64,000 bases of DNA from Candidatus Woesebacteria bacterium RBG_16_42_24 (lineage in GTDB: Bacteria > Patescibacteriota > Microgenomatia > UBA8517). The notes beneath the pieces are model-generated. The model was given only the letters and a program-made list of their open reading frames with translations. It did not search any database and was not told the origin of the DNA. The stretch is from assembly GCA_001792115.1 (NCBI GenBank), contig MGFX01000001.1, positions 304,705 to 368,704 on the forward strand. The letters are read 5' to 3'. Below, in pieces: positions 37,798 to 48,413 of the stretch. Numbering within the stretch: position 1 is the first letter of the stretch; each line of letters begins with the position of its first letter. The translations under genes and the position numbers were made by a program.

Positions 37798-38256
37798 GTG
37801 CAAGTTCAAATATTAGTATTGATAGCTATCGGGGCTTGGCTTATCGGTTTAACAGCCGCCCTTTTTTGGATTTTAAGAATCTTTAATAACCTTACTAAAG
37901 AGGCTAAAGGAGAATCTCTTATAAAAGTTCTAGAGAAGATTTTATTACGCCTGAGAACCGACTCTGAGGCCATAAAATTAATAAAGAAAGAGATTGCCGG
38001 CATTCGGGAAATTGACAAGTTTCATATACAAAAAGTCGGGATGGTGAGGTTTAATCCCTTCAGGGAAACTGGAGGAGATCATAGTTTTTCGATCGCGCTT
38101 TTGGATGCAAACGACACGGGACTGGTTTTAACCGGAATTCACACCAGGGAAAGAACAAGGATTTATACCAAAACAGTGAAGCTTGGGAAAGGAGAGTTCG
38201 AACTTTCGGAAGAGGAGAAAAAGGCCTTAAGTAAGGCCCAAAGGGTTAAGGACTAA
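37798..38256 (+). CDS. DUF4446 family protein
   Basis: QKVGMVRFNPF, GGDHSFSIALLD, RIYTK, LSEEE. Confidence 0.88.
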   Translation: MQVQILVLIAIGAWLIGLTAALFWILRIFNNLTKEAKGESLIKVLEKILLRLRTDSEAIKLIKKEIAGIREIDKFHIQKVGMVRFNPFRETGGDHSFSIALLDANDTGLVLTGIHTRERTRIYTKTVKLGKGEFELSEEEKKALSKAQRVKD

Positions 38257-38257
38257 T

Positions 38258-39475
38258 ATGAAGGAGTTTCTAGAAAAAATAAAGAAATTTATGAGCACGA
38301 AGGCATTTATGATCGGGGCCTCTTTTTTGGGCTTGTATTTGCTGTCAACCGGTGTCTCTCTTGCCCTCTTTTCGTATTTAGGAGGTGAACCGGGAGTTAA
38401 TGTTGACCTTGGAGATGGACTTTCTGGTTCACGTTCAAAGATTAAGGACTTACCAAAGACAGAGGAGTGTCCAATAAACGGCGGCAAGTTTACTAAAATT
38501 GAAAAAGGAATTTGGGAAACACGCCGCCCCCTTGCAGTAATGATTGAAAACCATGCGGATTCACGCCCCGCTTCCGGAATCTCTAAAGCGGACGTAGTTT
38601 ATGAGGCAGTTGCCGAGGGTGGAATAACTCGATTTTTGGCCATTTTCTATTGTGGAGCCTCTAGCCAGGAGGTTAAAATCGCCCCCGTCAGGAGTGCACG
38701 TATCTACTTTATTCACTGGGCCCAAGAATATGGCGGGAGCCCAATATTTATGCACGTTGGGGGTGCTAATGATTTTGCCGGCTACGGAGATACGGCGAGG
38801 GATGCAAGGGCACTTGAATATTTGGAATCGATCGGCTGGAGGATTCCGAAAGGAAACGATTTTGATACAACCTACGACTCGGGCTTCCCGGTTTTTTGGA
38901 GAAACTATGAAAGACTGGGGAAAGAGGTGGCCACAGAGCATACGATGATGGCCTCATTGGATGAGGCCTACGCCCAGGCCGAGAAAAGGGGCTATGACGC
39001 TAAGGACTCGGAGGGAGATTCCTGGGATGAAAAATATGTTCCTTGGAGGTTTGCTGACGATGCCAAGAAAGACCCCGCCGAAGCGACGAAAATTTCATTC
39101 GAATTTTGGAGTAATAAGCCCGACTATAATGTGATTTGGACGTTCGATAGCTCCCAAAACGGCTACCTTAGAGAAAACGATGGTCAGAAATTTACAGATT
39201 TTGAGGATAAATCCCAAGTCTTTGCAAAGAATGTAGTTGTTATGTTCGTAAGGGAGAGGGGGCCTGTTGACAAAAACTTGCATATGCTTTATACCACAAC
39301 CGGAACGGGCGAAGCGCTCATATTTCAAAACGGAAGAGTGATAAAGGGGAGTTGGAGAAAGGATACTAAGGAAGCGAGAACTAAGTTTTTGGACGACAAG
39401 GGAGCTGAAATAAGTTTTGTTAGGGGAACAATTTGGATAGAAGCCGTTCCGGCGGGAAATGAAGTAGAGTATTAA
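38258..39475 (+). CDS. DUF3048 (YerB-like) exported protein
   Basis: RPLAVMIENH..SRP.SG, ADVVYE..AEGGITRF, PVRSAR. Confidence 0.9.
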   Translation: MKEFLEKIKKFMSTKAFMIGASFLGLYLLSTGVSLALFSYLGGEPGVNVDLGDGLSGSRSKIKDLPKTEECPINGGKFTKIEKGIWETRRPLAVMIENHADSRPASGISKADVVYEAVAEGGITRFLAIFYCGASSQEVKIAPVRSARIYFIHWAQEYGGSPIFMHVGGANDFAGYGDTARDARALEYLESIGWRIPKGNDFDTTYDSGFPVFWRNYERLGKEVATEHTMMASLDEAYAQAEKRGYDAKDSEGDSWDEKYVPWRFADDAKKDPAEATKISFEFWSNKPDYNVIWTFDSSQNGYLRENDGQKFTDFEDKSQVFAKNVVVMFVRERGPVDKNLHMLYTTTGTGEALIFQNGRVIKGSWRKDTKEARTKFLDDKGAEISFVRGTIWIEAVPAGNEVEY

Positions 39476-39495
39476 TAACTGCCTGCCCCTTAATC

Positions 39496-40080
39496 ATGGC
39501 AGATCTAGGCGACATTATAACTTCAAAAGTACGGGTCAAGGTTTTGGAACTTTTTCTTTCCAACCTCAAAGAGATGTATCACGTTCGGGGAATTGTGCGC
39601 GAAATTAAAGAGGAAATTAATGCGGTTAGACGAGAGCTGGAAAGACTTGAGGGGGTTGGATTTCTTAAAAAAGAGGCCAGGGGTAATAGACTCTATTACT
39701 GGGTAAGGGACGACTATCCATTCTATGGAGATATGGTTGCGATGATCGCAAAATGTACGGGATTGGGAGTAGCGATTATTGAGAACAGAAATAAGCTAGG
39801 AAAGGTGAATTTCGTTATGTTTTCGGGAAGATTTGCAAGACGCAAGGAAAGAAGAAATGAAGACGACGTCGACGTTTTAGTTGTGGGTGAAATAATATTG
39901 CCCGAACTCGCGGCGCTGATTCGGGCGGAAGAGTCAAAGAGGAACAAAGAAATAAACTATACAGTTATGAGTAGAGAAGAATATGAGTTTAGAAAAAAGA
40001 GGCGCGATCCATTTCTTCTTAATATTCTTTCGGGGAGTAGAACGATGGTAATTGGGGATGAAGAAGAACTCATCGGCTAA
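39496..40080 (+). CDS. Winged-HTH fused to a Pol-beta-like nucleotidyltransferase domain
   Basis: SKVRVKVL...VRRELERL...GNRLYY; SG...DVDVLVVG...EINYTV. Confidence 0.75.
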   Translation: MADLGDIITSKVRVKVLELFLSNLKEMYHVRGIVREIKEEINAVRRELERLEGVGFLKKEARGNRLYYWVRDDYPFYGDMVAMIAKCTGLGVAIIENRNKLGKVNFVMFSGRFARRKERRNEDDVDVLVVGEIILPELAALIRAEESKRNKEINYTVMSREEYEFRKKRRDPFLLNILSGSRTMVIGDEEELIG

Positions 40081-40091
40081 CCTCTTTTCAA

Positions 40092-41402
40092 ATGACGCCA
40101 GCCAAAAAACTACTTTTTATTTTCTTGCTTTTTTTCGCCGCCTTATTTGTCAGTCTTCCCAATAAGTTTTCCCTTTTCGGGCGGGAATTTACTCGTCCGA
40201 ATTTAGATTTCAAGGCCGGGAAGTTTGAATTAAAGAAAAATTTCGACCTCATCTACGGATTAGATTTAGCCGGGGGAAGCCACCTGGTTTTTGAGGCAGA
40301 AAGTTCTCAAATCGCCGAGGAGAAAAGGAAAACTGCCATTGAGGGTGTAAGAGACGTGATTGAGAGAAGGGTAAATCTTTTTGGAATTTCGGAGCCAAAT
40401 GTTCAAGCCTCCTCATTCGAAGGTAAAGATAGGATTATTGTTGAGCTTCCAGGAATAAAAGATACGAAAGAGGCGGCTAAGTTAATCGGGAAAACCGCCC
40501 AGCTTGTTTTTGCCGAAATCCAGGGAGAAGGAGAAAATGCAAAGCTGATGTTGGCAGATTTGACCGGTGCCGATTTAAAAAGTGCTAAGGAAATTTTTGA
40601 TAATACCACGGGTAAACCAGCAGTTTCGTTAGAATTTACCCAAGAGGGTGGAAAAAAATTCGCTACTCTGACCGAGAGAAATGTGGGCAAACAACTCCCG
40701 ATAATATTAGATAGTCAACCGTTAACGAGCCCTGTTGTTCAAGAGACAATTACCCAGGGAACTGCTCAAATTACGGGAAATTTTACTACCGACGAGGCCA
40801 AGAAACTGGCAATCCAATTAAATGCTGGAGCTCTCCCTGTTCCTATTTCTTTGGTCGAGGAGAGAACGGTTGGAGCAACACTTGGGGCAGAATCGGTTAG
40901 CCGAAGCATTAAAGCTGGCTTGGTCGGACTTTTAATGGTTCTAGTTTTTATGGTTGCCGCCTATGGAAGACTTGGACTAGTTGCCGACTTGGGACTTATT
41001 ATTTTTGGAGTCTTGACGCTAGCTCTTTATAAATTAATTCCGGTTGTACTGACTCTTCCTGGAATCGCCGGATTTTTGCTTTCAGTTGGGATGGCGGTGG
41101 ACTCCAACATCCTAATTTTTGAAAGGTTCAAAGAAGAGCGGGGTAAAAGACCCCTGGCGGATGCTTTAGAGGTTTCATTCGGTCGAGCCTGGGATTCTAT
41201 AAGGGACGCTAATATTGCGACTTTGGTTACCACCTTTATTTTAGCAAACCCTTTTGATTGGTCGTTTCTTCACACCTCGGGTCCTGTAAGGGGTTTTGCA
41301 ATTACACTTGCACTGGGAATTGGAATAAGTTTATTTACAGGAATTGTGGTTTCGAGGAATTTATTGAGGGTATTTGTTAGAGAAAATCCCAAATTTAATT
41401 AG
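40092..41402 (+). CDS. secD: Protein translocase SecD
   Basis: GLDLAGG, RRVNLFGISEP, LNAGALP, GMAVDSNILIFER, DANI. Confidence 0.97.
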   Translation: MTPAKKLLFIFLLFFAALFVSLPNKFSLFGREFTRPNLDFKAGKFELKKNFDLIYGLDLAGGSHLVFEAESSQIAEEKRKTAIEGVRDVIERRVNLFGISEPNVQASSFEGKDRIIVELPGIKDTKEAAKLIGKTAQLVFAEIQGEGENAKLMLADLTGADLKSAKEIFDNTTGKPAVSLEFTQEGGKKFATLTERNVGKQLPIILDSQPLTSPVVQETITQGTAQITGNFTTDEAKKLAIQLNAGALPVPISLVEERTVGATLGAESVSRSIKAGLVGLLMVLVFMVAAYGRLGLVADLGLIIFGVLTLALYKLIPVVLTLPGIAGFLLSVGMAVDSNILIFERFKEERGKRPLADALEVSFGRAWDSIRDANIATLVTTFILANPFDWSFLHTSGPVRGFAITLALGIGISLFTGIVVSRNLLRVFVRENPKFN

Positions 41403-41431
41403 AGTTTAGTGTTTAGAGTTTTGAATTTATT

Positions 41432-42304
41432 ATGATCGACTGGATGAAATATCGGCTAGTTTACTTTTTGATCTCGGGGATAATCATCGCCGCGGGAGTT
41501 TATGGGCTTATTGTCTGGGGATTACCCCTCGGCCTAGATTTTAAGGGAGGTGCACTCCTTGAATATAAAATTGAAAGGGAAATTTCAACAGAAGAAGCAA
41601 CACAAAAAATAGAAGAAAAAGGTATCGAGGTAACATCGGTTCAGAGGATTGGAGCGGATTCTTATCTATTTCGGTTGGGAGGCATAGATGCCGATAAAAG
41701 GGAAAGTATCAAAAATGTCCTGGGAGAGATCGGCGGGAGTGTTGAGGAGTTGAGATTTGAGAGCGTGGGCCCATCAATTGGTCCGGAACTTGTCAAAAAG
41801 ACAATCTATGCTTTGGCAATTGCCGCGATAGCTATACTTGTCTGGATAACGATTCAATTTAAGAGTTTTAAGTTCGGCGTTTCAGCGGTACTCGCCATGC
41901 TTCACGACAGTTTGGTTCTCATCGGCGTTTACGGTTTATTTGGGCATTTTTTGGGGGCGGAGGTAGACTTTCTTTTTGTAACGGCAATGTTAACAATTCT
42001 GTCTTTTTCGGTTCACGATACTATTGTTGTTTACGATAGGATCCGAGAGTCGCAAAAGAAGTTTGGCGGAAGTCTTTATGATTTGGCCAACAAGGCAGTA
42101 ACAGAGACCATGGTGAGGTCTTTAAATAATTCCTTTACTATAATATTTATGTTGATTGCACTGGTACTTCTTGGGGGAACGACAATCAAGTGGTTCGCAA
42201 TTGCCCTTCTTATCGGTACAATCTCAGGAACTTACTCCTCACCGTTTGTAGCCGTCCCGCTTCTTGTTACTTGGGATGAATTACAGAAAAGACTTAAGAG
42301 GTGA
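41432..42304 (+). CDS. secF: Protein translocase SecF
   Basis: GLDFKGG, VGPSIG, HD, SVHDTIVVYDRIRE, GTYSS. Confidence 0.97.
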   Translation: MIDWMKYRLVYFLISGIIIAAGVYGLIVWGLPLGLDFKGGALLEYKIEREISTEEATQKIEEKGIEVTSVQRIGADSYLFRLGGIDADKRESIKNVLGEIGGSVEELRFESVGPSIGPELVKKTIYALAIAAIAILVWITIQFKSFKFGVSAVLAMLHDSLVLIGVYGLFGHFLGAEVDFLFVTAMLTILSFSVHDTIVVYDRIRESQKKFGGSLYDLANKAVTETMVRSLNNSFTIIFMLIALVLLGGTTIKWFAIALLIGTISGTYSSPFVAVPLLVTWDELQKRLKR

Positions 42305-42309
42305 GATTC

Positions 42310-42335
42310 TGTATGATAAGATGATATATCATACA
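42310..42335. repeat. AT-rich palindromic motif copy 1
   Basis: TGTATGATAAGATGATATATCAT, also at 53484-53506. Confidence 0.7.
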
Positions 42336-42382
42336 CAGCCTAAGTCATTATATTATTGAGATGCAGGTTTTTAGGATTAGGA

Positions 42383-43765
42383 TCAGAATTCTTTTAGGCG
42401 AGCAAGAAGTACACTTTTTTCGTTAGGAATTTTTTTCTCAACGACTTCTTCGAACAAAGTATTTAATATTTCGCCTACCTTGGGTCCGGGTTTAAGTTTT
42501 AGAGCTTTCATTACTTCATTTCCGTCTATTTTAAGGTCGACTACACTAAATGGTTGTTTTTGAACTTCGATTAGGCGCTTTTTAAACTCTTCGAGTCGCC
42601 AACTTGTTTCGGTTGCTCCACCTCCTAATCTATCCCCAACTCGAAGTTCCAGCATATCAGGAACATTTTCAATTCCCACATTTCTAATAAAACGTCTCAA
42701 TGCAGAATCAGTTTGGTCTTCACCCACGCTAAATTGATGCCAGCGAACAAGCCTTACAAATTTATCCTTTTCTTTAGTTGAAAACCTCAAGCGCTCAGCT
42801 ATATTTTCGGCGATTTTAGCCGACACCATTTCGTGGTTATAAAAGGTAATTAGACCCTCCTCACTTTTCTTATACGTTCGGGGTTTACCCACATCGTGCA
42901 TAAAAGTTGCAAAGCGAACAAGAGGATCTTCTGACTTACAAGATTTCAAAGACATTAGGGAGTGTGTGCCCACATCATAAATGTGGTGTCTTCCAGGAGA
43001 CTTTTGCTCAACCCCAAAAGTTTTTTCCATCTCGGGTAATATTTGAGCCATCAGGCTTGTTTCTCTAAAAACGAGCATCCCGTGGTATGGGTCGGGGGAA
43101 GCAAAGGTTTTAAAAAGTTCCTGCTTTACTCTCTCTTTGGCAATTTTATTAATTAAACCAGCATTTGCCTGAATCGCTTCAAGAGTTTTATCTTCGATGG
43201 AAAATCCGAGTTCAGCGGCGATTCTTATGGCTCTCATCATGCGTAATGCGTCTTCTCCAAATCTTTCATTAGGGTCGCCAACTGCGCGAATAAGTTTTGC
43301 CTCTAAATCCTTTTGTCCGTCGTAAGGATCAATTAGATCAAATTGAGAGGGCTTGCCTCTTCGAGCCTGAGCCTCAGAGCCGAAGGCCTGAGCGGAGCGA
43401 AGGGCCATTGCATTTATGGTAAAGTCCCGACGCGAAAGGTCTTCCTCAAGGCTTTTGCCCCATTCAACTCTGTCTGGTCTTCGGGAGTCGGAATAACCAA
43501 ATTCCTTCCTGAAAGTAGTTATCTCGTATGGTTTTTCGCTCGATGGGTGGGAAATACCGACTGTGCCAAAAATATTGTCGTAATAGCCTTCGGGGAAGAT
43601 TTTTAGAATTTCTTCGGGGATGGCATTGGTTGTAAAATCCCAATCTGACACAATTCGGCTGGTTAGAATATCCCGAACAGAACCTCCGACAATGTAGATT
43701 TCATATCCGGCCCCCGCAAATTTAGTAAGTATTTCGACAACAAATTCGTTGGTTTCAATTTTCAT
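42383..43765 (-). CDS. cca: CCA tRNA nucleotidyltransferase with HD domain (probable start MKIET)
   Basis: VGGSVRD, DWDFTT, RRDFTINAMA, EDALRMMRA, HDVGK. Confidence 0.95.
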   Translation of the reverse strand: MKIETNEFVVEILTKFAGAGYEIYIVGGSVRDILTSRIVSDWDFTTNAIPEEILKIFPEGYYDNIFGTVGISHPSSEKPYEITTFRKEFGYSDSRRPDRVEWGKSLEEDLSRRDFTINAMALRSAQAFGSEAQARRGKPSQFDLIDPYDGQKDLEAKLIRAVGDPNERFGEDALRMMRAIRIAAELGFSIEDKTLEAIQANAGLINKIAKERVKQELFKTFASPDPYHGMLVFRETSLMAQILPEMEKTFGVEQKSPGRHHIYDVGTHSLMSLKSCKSEDPLVRFATFMHDVGKPRTYKKSEEGLITFYNHEMVSAKIAENIAERLRFSTKEKDKFVRLVRWHQFSVGEDQTDSALRRFIRNVGIENVPDMLELRVGDRLGGGATETSWRLEEFKKRLIEVQKQPFSVVDLKIDGNEVMKALKLKPGPKVGEILNTLFEEVVEKKIPNEKSVLLARLKEF

Positions 43766-43774
43766 CTCGATACC

Positions 43775-43782
43775 ATTATACT
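43775..43782. promoter_or_regulatory. Overlapping divergent -10 boxes for cca and recJ
   Basis: ATTATACT reads TATAAT on the minus strand and TATACT on the plus strand, inside a 34-bp divergent gap. Confidence 0.55.
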
Positions 43783-43799
43783 TCAGGTTGAAGGCCGAC

Positions 43800-45509
43800 A
43801 TGAATAATCAAAGGAAATGGGAGATATTAAGTAAACTCGGAAGGCCTGCCTTGCCGGCAGGCAGGCAAAAGTCAAAAGTCAAAACTGAAGAAATAATTGA
43901 TGCACTCCTCAAAAACCGCGGAATAAAAAGTTCTAAAGAGAGAAAAGAATTTTTTAATCCCCGACATCCGAAAGACCTTACTTTAAGGGAACTCGGAATA
44001 AGTAAATCCCAAGTTGTGAAGGCGATTCAAAGAATCAGGGAAGCGATTAAAAAAGAGCAAATAATTATCATTTACGGAGACTACGATGTAGATGGAATTT
44101 GCGGGACAGGTATTCTTTTTGAAACGCTCTACCTACTCCACAAAAATGTTCGTCCGCACTTGCCAGATAGGTTTTCGGAAGGCTACGGATTAAATCCGGA
44201 TTCCGTGGTCAAGCTCAAAGATAACCATTCTAAGCTTGGTGTCATAATTTGCGTTGACAACGGAATTTCAGCTTTTACTGGTGTTGCGAAGGCCAAAGAA
44301 TTAGGGATTGATGTAATTATCGTTGACCACCACTATCGAAAAAAAGGGACATTGAAAAGTTTTGCGACAGTTTATACCAAGAAAATAACTGGAGCCGAAA
44401 TTGCTTGGATATTTGCGAGGGAAGTCAGGAAAAAACTTAATATTAAGGATTCCCAGTTAACAAAAGGGAATGGATTAGAACTGGCAGCTTTGGGGACTAT
44501 TGCCGACATGCTTCCTCTTCTTGGCCCAAATCGTTCGTTTGCTTGGCATGGAATGAAGGCTTTAAGACAAACATCAAGGCTCGGCCTTTTGGCACTTTTT
44601 GAAGAGGCGAGGATTGTAAAAGAGAAAATTGTATCGTACGAAGTCAACTATATTATTTCCCCGAGATTAAATGCGGCTGGAAGACTCGAGAATGCAACCG
44701 ATTCTCTAAGACTCATTTGTACGGGCAGTAGAGAGCGTGCAAATGAGTTATCCCAGCACCTTGGGAGGGTCAACACGAGGCGCCAAGGGATACAAGAAGA
44801 TATCGTTCTTCACGCAAAAAATTTAGTTGCGGCTTCTTCGGCTGGCAAAGTCTTAGTCTTGGCGGATGAAAGTTATCACGAGGGGGTGGTTGGACTTGCG
44901 GCCGCAAAGTTGGTCGAGGAGTTTGGTAGGCCGGCGATAGTTTTCGCAAAAGGAGCGGAAATTTCAAAAGGTTCTGGCCGGTCGGTAAGCGGATTCGACC
45001 TTGTTTCTGCACTTTCAAAAGTTGGGAAGCATCTAATAAGTTGGGGAGGACACAAGGCGGCTGCAGGACTTACCATATCTACCAAGAAGATTGAAGTTTT
45101 TGCAAAGGAATTTGCAAAAGTTGCCGACCCCCTTTTAACAGATGAAGTTTTAGAAAGGAAGCTAAAAATTGACTTGGAGCTTGAATTCGCGGGTCTTACG
45201 AGGGAGTTTTTAAATATTATTAAGCAATTTGAACCAACCGGGGCGGGAAATCCTGCTCCCGATTTTGCAACTAACGGCGTAACGGTTCTTACCGCAAGAG
45301 CGGTAGGAGTTGACGGAAAACATTTGAAATTGAAACTCGAAAAAGGAGGTTTTAGTTTTGACGCAATTGCTTTTTCCCGAGGGGATCTATATCCTTTCCT
45401 TTCTCCCGACAAAAAGATTGATATTGCCTACAGCTTAGCCGAAAATACGTGGAACGGACAGACAAAAATACAATTAAAAATTAGGGATATTAAAATACCA
45501 TCTAAATGA
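43800..45509 (+). CDS. recJ: ssDNA exonuclease RecJ (probable start MNNQR)
   Basis: YGDYDVDG, EGYG, VDNG, DHH, GTIAD, PRLNAAGR, GGHKAAAG. Confidence 0.97.
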   Translation: MNNQRKWEILSKLGRPALPAGRQKSKVKTEEIIDALLKNRGIKSSKERKEFFNPRHPKDLTLRELGISKSQVVKAIQRIREAIKKEQIIIIYGDYDVDGICGTGILFETLYLLHKNVRPHLPDRFSEGYGLNPDSVVKLKDNHSKLGVIICVDNGISAFTGVAKAKELGIDVIIVDHHYRKKGTLKSFATVYTKKITGAEIAWIFAREVRKKLNIKDSQLTKGNGLELAALGTIADMLPLLGPNRSFAWHGMKALRQTSRLGLLALFEEARIVKEKIVSYEVNYIISPRLNAAGRLENATDSLRLICTGSRERANELSQHLGRVNTRRQGIQEDIVLHAKNLVAASSAGKVLVLADESYHEGVVGLAAAKLVEEFGRPAIVFAKGAEISKGSGRSVSGFDLVSALSKVGKHLISWGGHKAAAGLTISTKKIEVFAKEFAKVADPLLTDEVLERKLKIDLELEFAGLTREFLNIIKQFEPTGAGNPAPDFATNGVTVLTARAVGVDGKHLKLKLEKGGFSFDAIAFSRGDLYPFLSPDKKIDIAYSLAENTWNGQTKIQLKIRDIKIPSK

Positions 45510-47002
45510 AAAAAATAACTGCTAGGCAGAAATTTACTAAGTTACTAACCAAGATTTTGGAAGCAAATAAAAACGTCGATACTGAGTATATTAAGAAAGC
45601 TTGGGCGTTTTGTAAGTTAGCTCACACAGGCCAAAAAAGAATGACTGGAGAGGCATTCGCTAACCATCCTTTAGAGGTTGCCTTAAGACTCGCGGATTGG
45701 AATCTGGATACGGCAACCATAATTGCCGCTCTTCTTCATGACACAATCGAAGACGGGGGTGCGACAAAAGAAGATATCATCAAGCAATTTGGCAAAGACG
45801 TTTATTTTTTAGTAAATGGCGTAACAAAAATCACCAACCTCCGCCTCAAAGGAAGCAGGGAAGCGGAATTCACCGAGAACTTGAGAGGAATGCTCCTGGT
45901 TATGGCAAAGGACCTAAGAGTTGTTCTTTTAAAACTGGCCGACAGACTCCATAATATGCAGACTCTTCATGCACTTCCCCCCGAAAAGCAGATAGAAAAC
46001 GCTCAAGAAACCTTGGAAATATATGCTCCCTTGGCCGAAAGACTGGGAATGGGAAGGATTAAGGGGGAACTTGAAGATTTGGCTTTTCCTTATGTTTACC
46101 CCGATGAATTTAAGAAAGTATCCCTCGAATCAATAAAATATTACAAAGAGGTGGAGGTACACATAGAAAAGATGAGGCGGAAAATTCTTAAAGAGTTGGC
46201 CAAGGAAAATATCAAAGCCGAAATTCATGGCAGAAAAAAACATCTGTATTCTCTTTGGCGTAAATTGACACGTCCAGAAGTTGACGGCGATTTCGAAGAA
46301 ATTCACGATATAGTTGCTCTTAGAATATTGGTTGGTACGGTTTCGCAGTGCTATAGCGCTTTGGGAATTGTTCATAGCTTCTTTAAGCCGGTTCCCCACA
46401 TCGGGATTTCGGATTTTATTGCACAACCTAAACCCAATGGTTATCGTTGCCTCCACACAAAAGTTTTCGGACCTGGCGGGAGAATTGTGGAAGTTCAGAT
46501 TAGAACCTTCCTAATGCATGAAGAAGCCGAATTTGGAGTCGCCGCCCACTGGGCCTACTCGGAACAGAAAGAAGAGTTGGCCGAAGAGGTTAGAGAAAAG
46601 GCGGGGGGTTTTGCACCTAAAGATAAACTTTCTTGGATGCGGCAGTTAGTTACTTGGCAAAAAGAGATGAGCGACTCCGAAGAATTTTTGAGGGCAGTAA
46701 AATTTGACGCCCTTAGGCACAGAAACTTTGTCTTCTCTCCCATGGGAGACGTTTATGATTTGCCGGCTGGAGCTACCCCGGTTGATTTTGCTTACGCGGT
46801 TCATACCGGGCTAGGGAATAATGCAATGGGCGCCAAAGTCGACGGGAAGATGGTGTCACTTGAATATAAATTAAAAAGCGGACAAGTCGTCGAAATTCTT
46901 AAATCCAAAAATCCCAAAGGACCCAGTCCTGACTGGCTCGTCTTTGTTACAACTCAACTTGCCAGGCGAGAAATCAACAAATATTTGAGAAGGAAAGCCT
47001 AA
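45506..47002 (+). CDS. rel: RelA/SpoT (p)ppGpp synthetase/hydrolase ending after the TGS domain
   Basis: LLHDTIED, KLADRLHNM, DIVALR, PKPNGY..LH, EVQIRT, TPVDFAYAVHT. Confidence 0.95.
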   Translation: MKKITARQKFTKLLTKILEANKNVDTEYIKKAWAFCKLAHTGQKRMTGEAFANHPLEVALRLADWNLDTATIIAALLHDTIEDGGATKEDIIKQFGKDVYFLVNGVTKITNLRLKGSREAEFTENLRGMLLVMAKDLRVVLLKLADRLHNMQTLHALPPEKQIENAQETLEIYAPLAERLGMGRIKGELEDLAFPYVYPDEFKKVSLESIKYYKEVEVHIEKMRRKILKELAKENIKAEIHGRKKHLYSLWRKLTRPEVDGDFEEIHDIVALRILVGTVSQCYSALGIVHSFFKPVPHIGISDFIAQPKPNGYRCLHTKVFGPGGRIVEVQIRTFLMHEEAEFGVAAHWAYSEQKEELAEEVREKAGGFAPKDKLSWMRQLVTWQKEMSDSEEFLRAVKFDALRHRNFVFSPMGDVYDLPAGATPVDFAYAVHTGLGNNAMGAKVDGKMVSLEYKLKSGQVVEILKSKNPKGPSPDWLVFVTTQLARREINKYLRRKA

Positions 47003-47021
47003 GAGGTTAGAATTAAATTCA

Positions 47022-48413
47022 ATGGAAAGAACACTAAGCAGTGAAACACTCGAAAAAATTGACCAGAAAGTAAAACTCCTTGGTTGGGCGGCTACGATTC
47101 GCGACCACGGTAAAATTACCTTTATTGATTTAAGAGATAGAAAGGGAATCGTCCAATGCGTGGGTCAAAATTTCCCCAAAGTTACTCCCGAATCGGTAAT
47201 TGAAGTTGAAGGGACGATAGTAAAAAGGCCGGAAAATTTGGTCAATAAAAATATTCCGACAGGTGAGGTCGAAGTAAAGGTCGAAAAAATAACAGTTCTT
47301 ACTAAAAGTACTGAACTCCCAATTCCTATCGATGGTGATGGTTTGGAAATAGAAGAGCCAGCAAGGCTAAAATATCGATATTTGGATTTGAGGCGCCCGA
47401 GAATGTCTAGGAATTTAAGACTAAGGTCTAGGGCAACAATGTTTATCCGAAATTGGTTAACCGAGCGAGATTTTGTCGAAGTTGAAACTCCAATTCTTAC
47501 CAAAACCACACCCGAGGGAGCGCGAGATTTTATTGTGCCTTCCCGACTTCAGCCGGGAAAATTTTACGCCCTTCCACAATCTCCCCAACAATATAAGCAG
47601 CTATTAATGGTTGCAGGATTTGAAAGATATTTCCAAGTTGCCCGCTGTTTCAGGGATGAGGATCCTCGTGCCGATAGAGCTTATGGAGAATTTACCCAAC
47701 TCGACCTTGAAATGTCGTTTGTTACACAGGATGACATACTTAAATTGACCGAAGAGCTTTTTACCTCCCTTGTCAAAGAAGTATTTCCAGAGAAAAAAGT
47801 AAGTACATCCCCCTGGCCAAGAATTTCCCATAAAGAGGCAGAAGAAAAATACGGAAACGACAAACCGGATTTAAGGAAAGACAAAAATGACAAAAACGAA
47901 CTTGCCTTTGTCTGGATAGTAGACTTTCCGCTCTTTACCGAGCAAACAAAGGAAGATTTTTTCCATGGAGCGGGGAATGCCAAATGGGTACCATCCCACC
48001 ACATGTTTACGGCTCCCCACATAGACGACATTTCCTTACTCGATAAAGACCCGAGCAAAGTCAGGGGATTGCAGCACGATTTGGTACTTAACGGCTATGA
48101 AGTGGGCGGCGGAAGTATAAGAATTCACGATCCCGAAATTCAAAAGAAAATTTTTGACCTGATTGGTTTTACAAGCGAACAAAAGCGTGAATTTGAGCAC
48201 ATGTTGACAGCTTTCTCCTTCGGGGTCCCGCCGCATGGAGGAATCGCTCCGGGAATTGATAGACTATTAATGGTTATTTTAGGAGAGCCTAACTTAAGAG
48301 AAGTCATGGCTTTCCCGATGACTGCTGGGGGTACTACCGCGGTGATGGATGCTCCAAGCCAGCCACAAGATGCGCAACTCAAAGAACTAAATATTAAAGT
48401 AACTTCAAAATGA
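47022..48413 (+). CDS. aspS: Aspartyl-tRNA synthetase, compact (GAD domain absent), probably non-discriminating
   Basis: RDHG, LPQSPQ.YKQ, CFRDED.RADR, GGGSIRIH, PPHGGIAPGIDR. Confidence 0.96.
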   Translation: MERTLSSETLEKIDQKVKLLGWAATIRDHGKITFIDLRDRKGIVQCVGQNFPKVTPESVIEVEGTIVKRPENLVNKNIPTGEVEVKVEKITVLTKSTELPIPIDGDGLEIEEPARLKYRYLDLRRPRMSRNLRLRSRATMFIRNWLTERDFVEVETPILTKTTPEGARDFIVPSRLQPGKFYALPQSPQQYKQLLMVAGFERYFQVARCFRDEDPRADRAYGEFTQLDLEMSFVTQDDILKLTEELFTSLVKEVFPEKKVSTSPWPRISHKEAEEKYGNDKPDLRKDKNDKNELAFVWIVDFPLFTEQTKEDFFHGAGNAKWVPSHHMFTAPHIDDISLLDKDPSKVRGLQHDLVLNGYEVGGGSIRIHDPEIQKKIFDLIGFTSEQKREFEHMLTAFSFGVPPHGGIAPGIDRLLMVILGEPNLREVMAFPMTAGGTTAVMDAPSQPQDAQLKELNIKVTSK

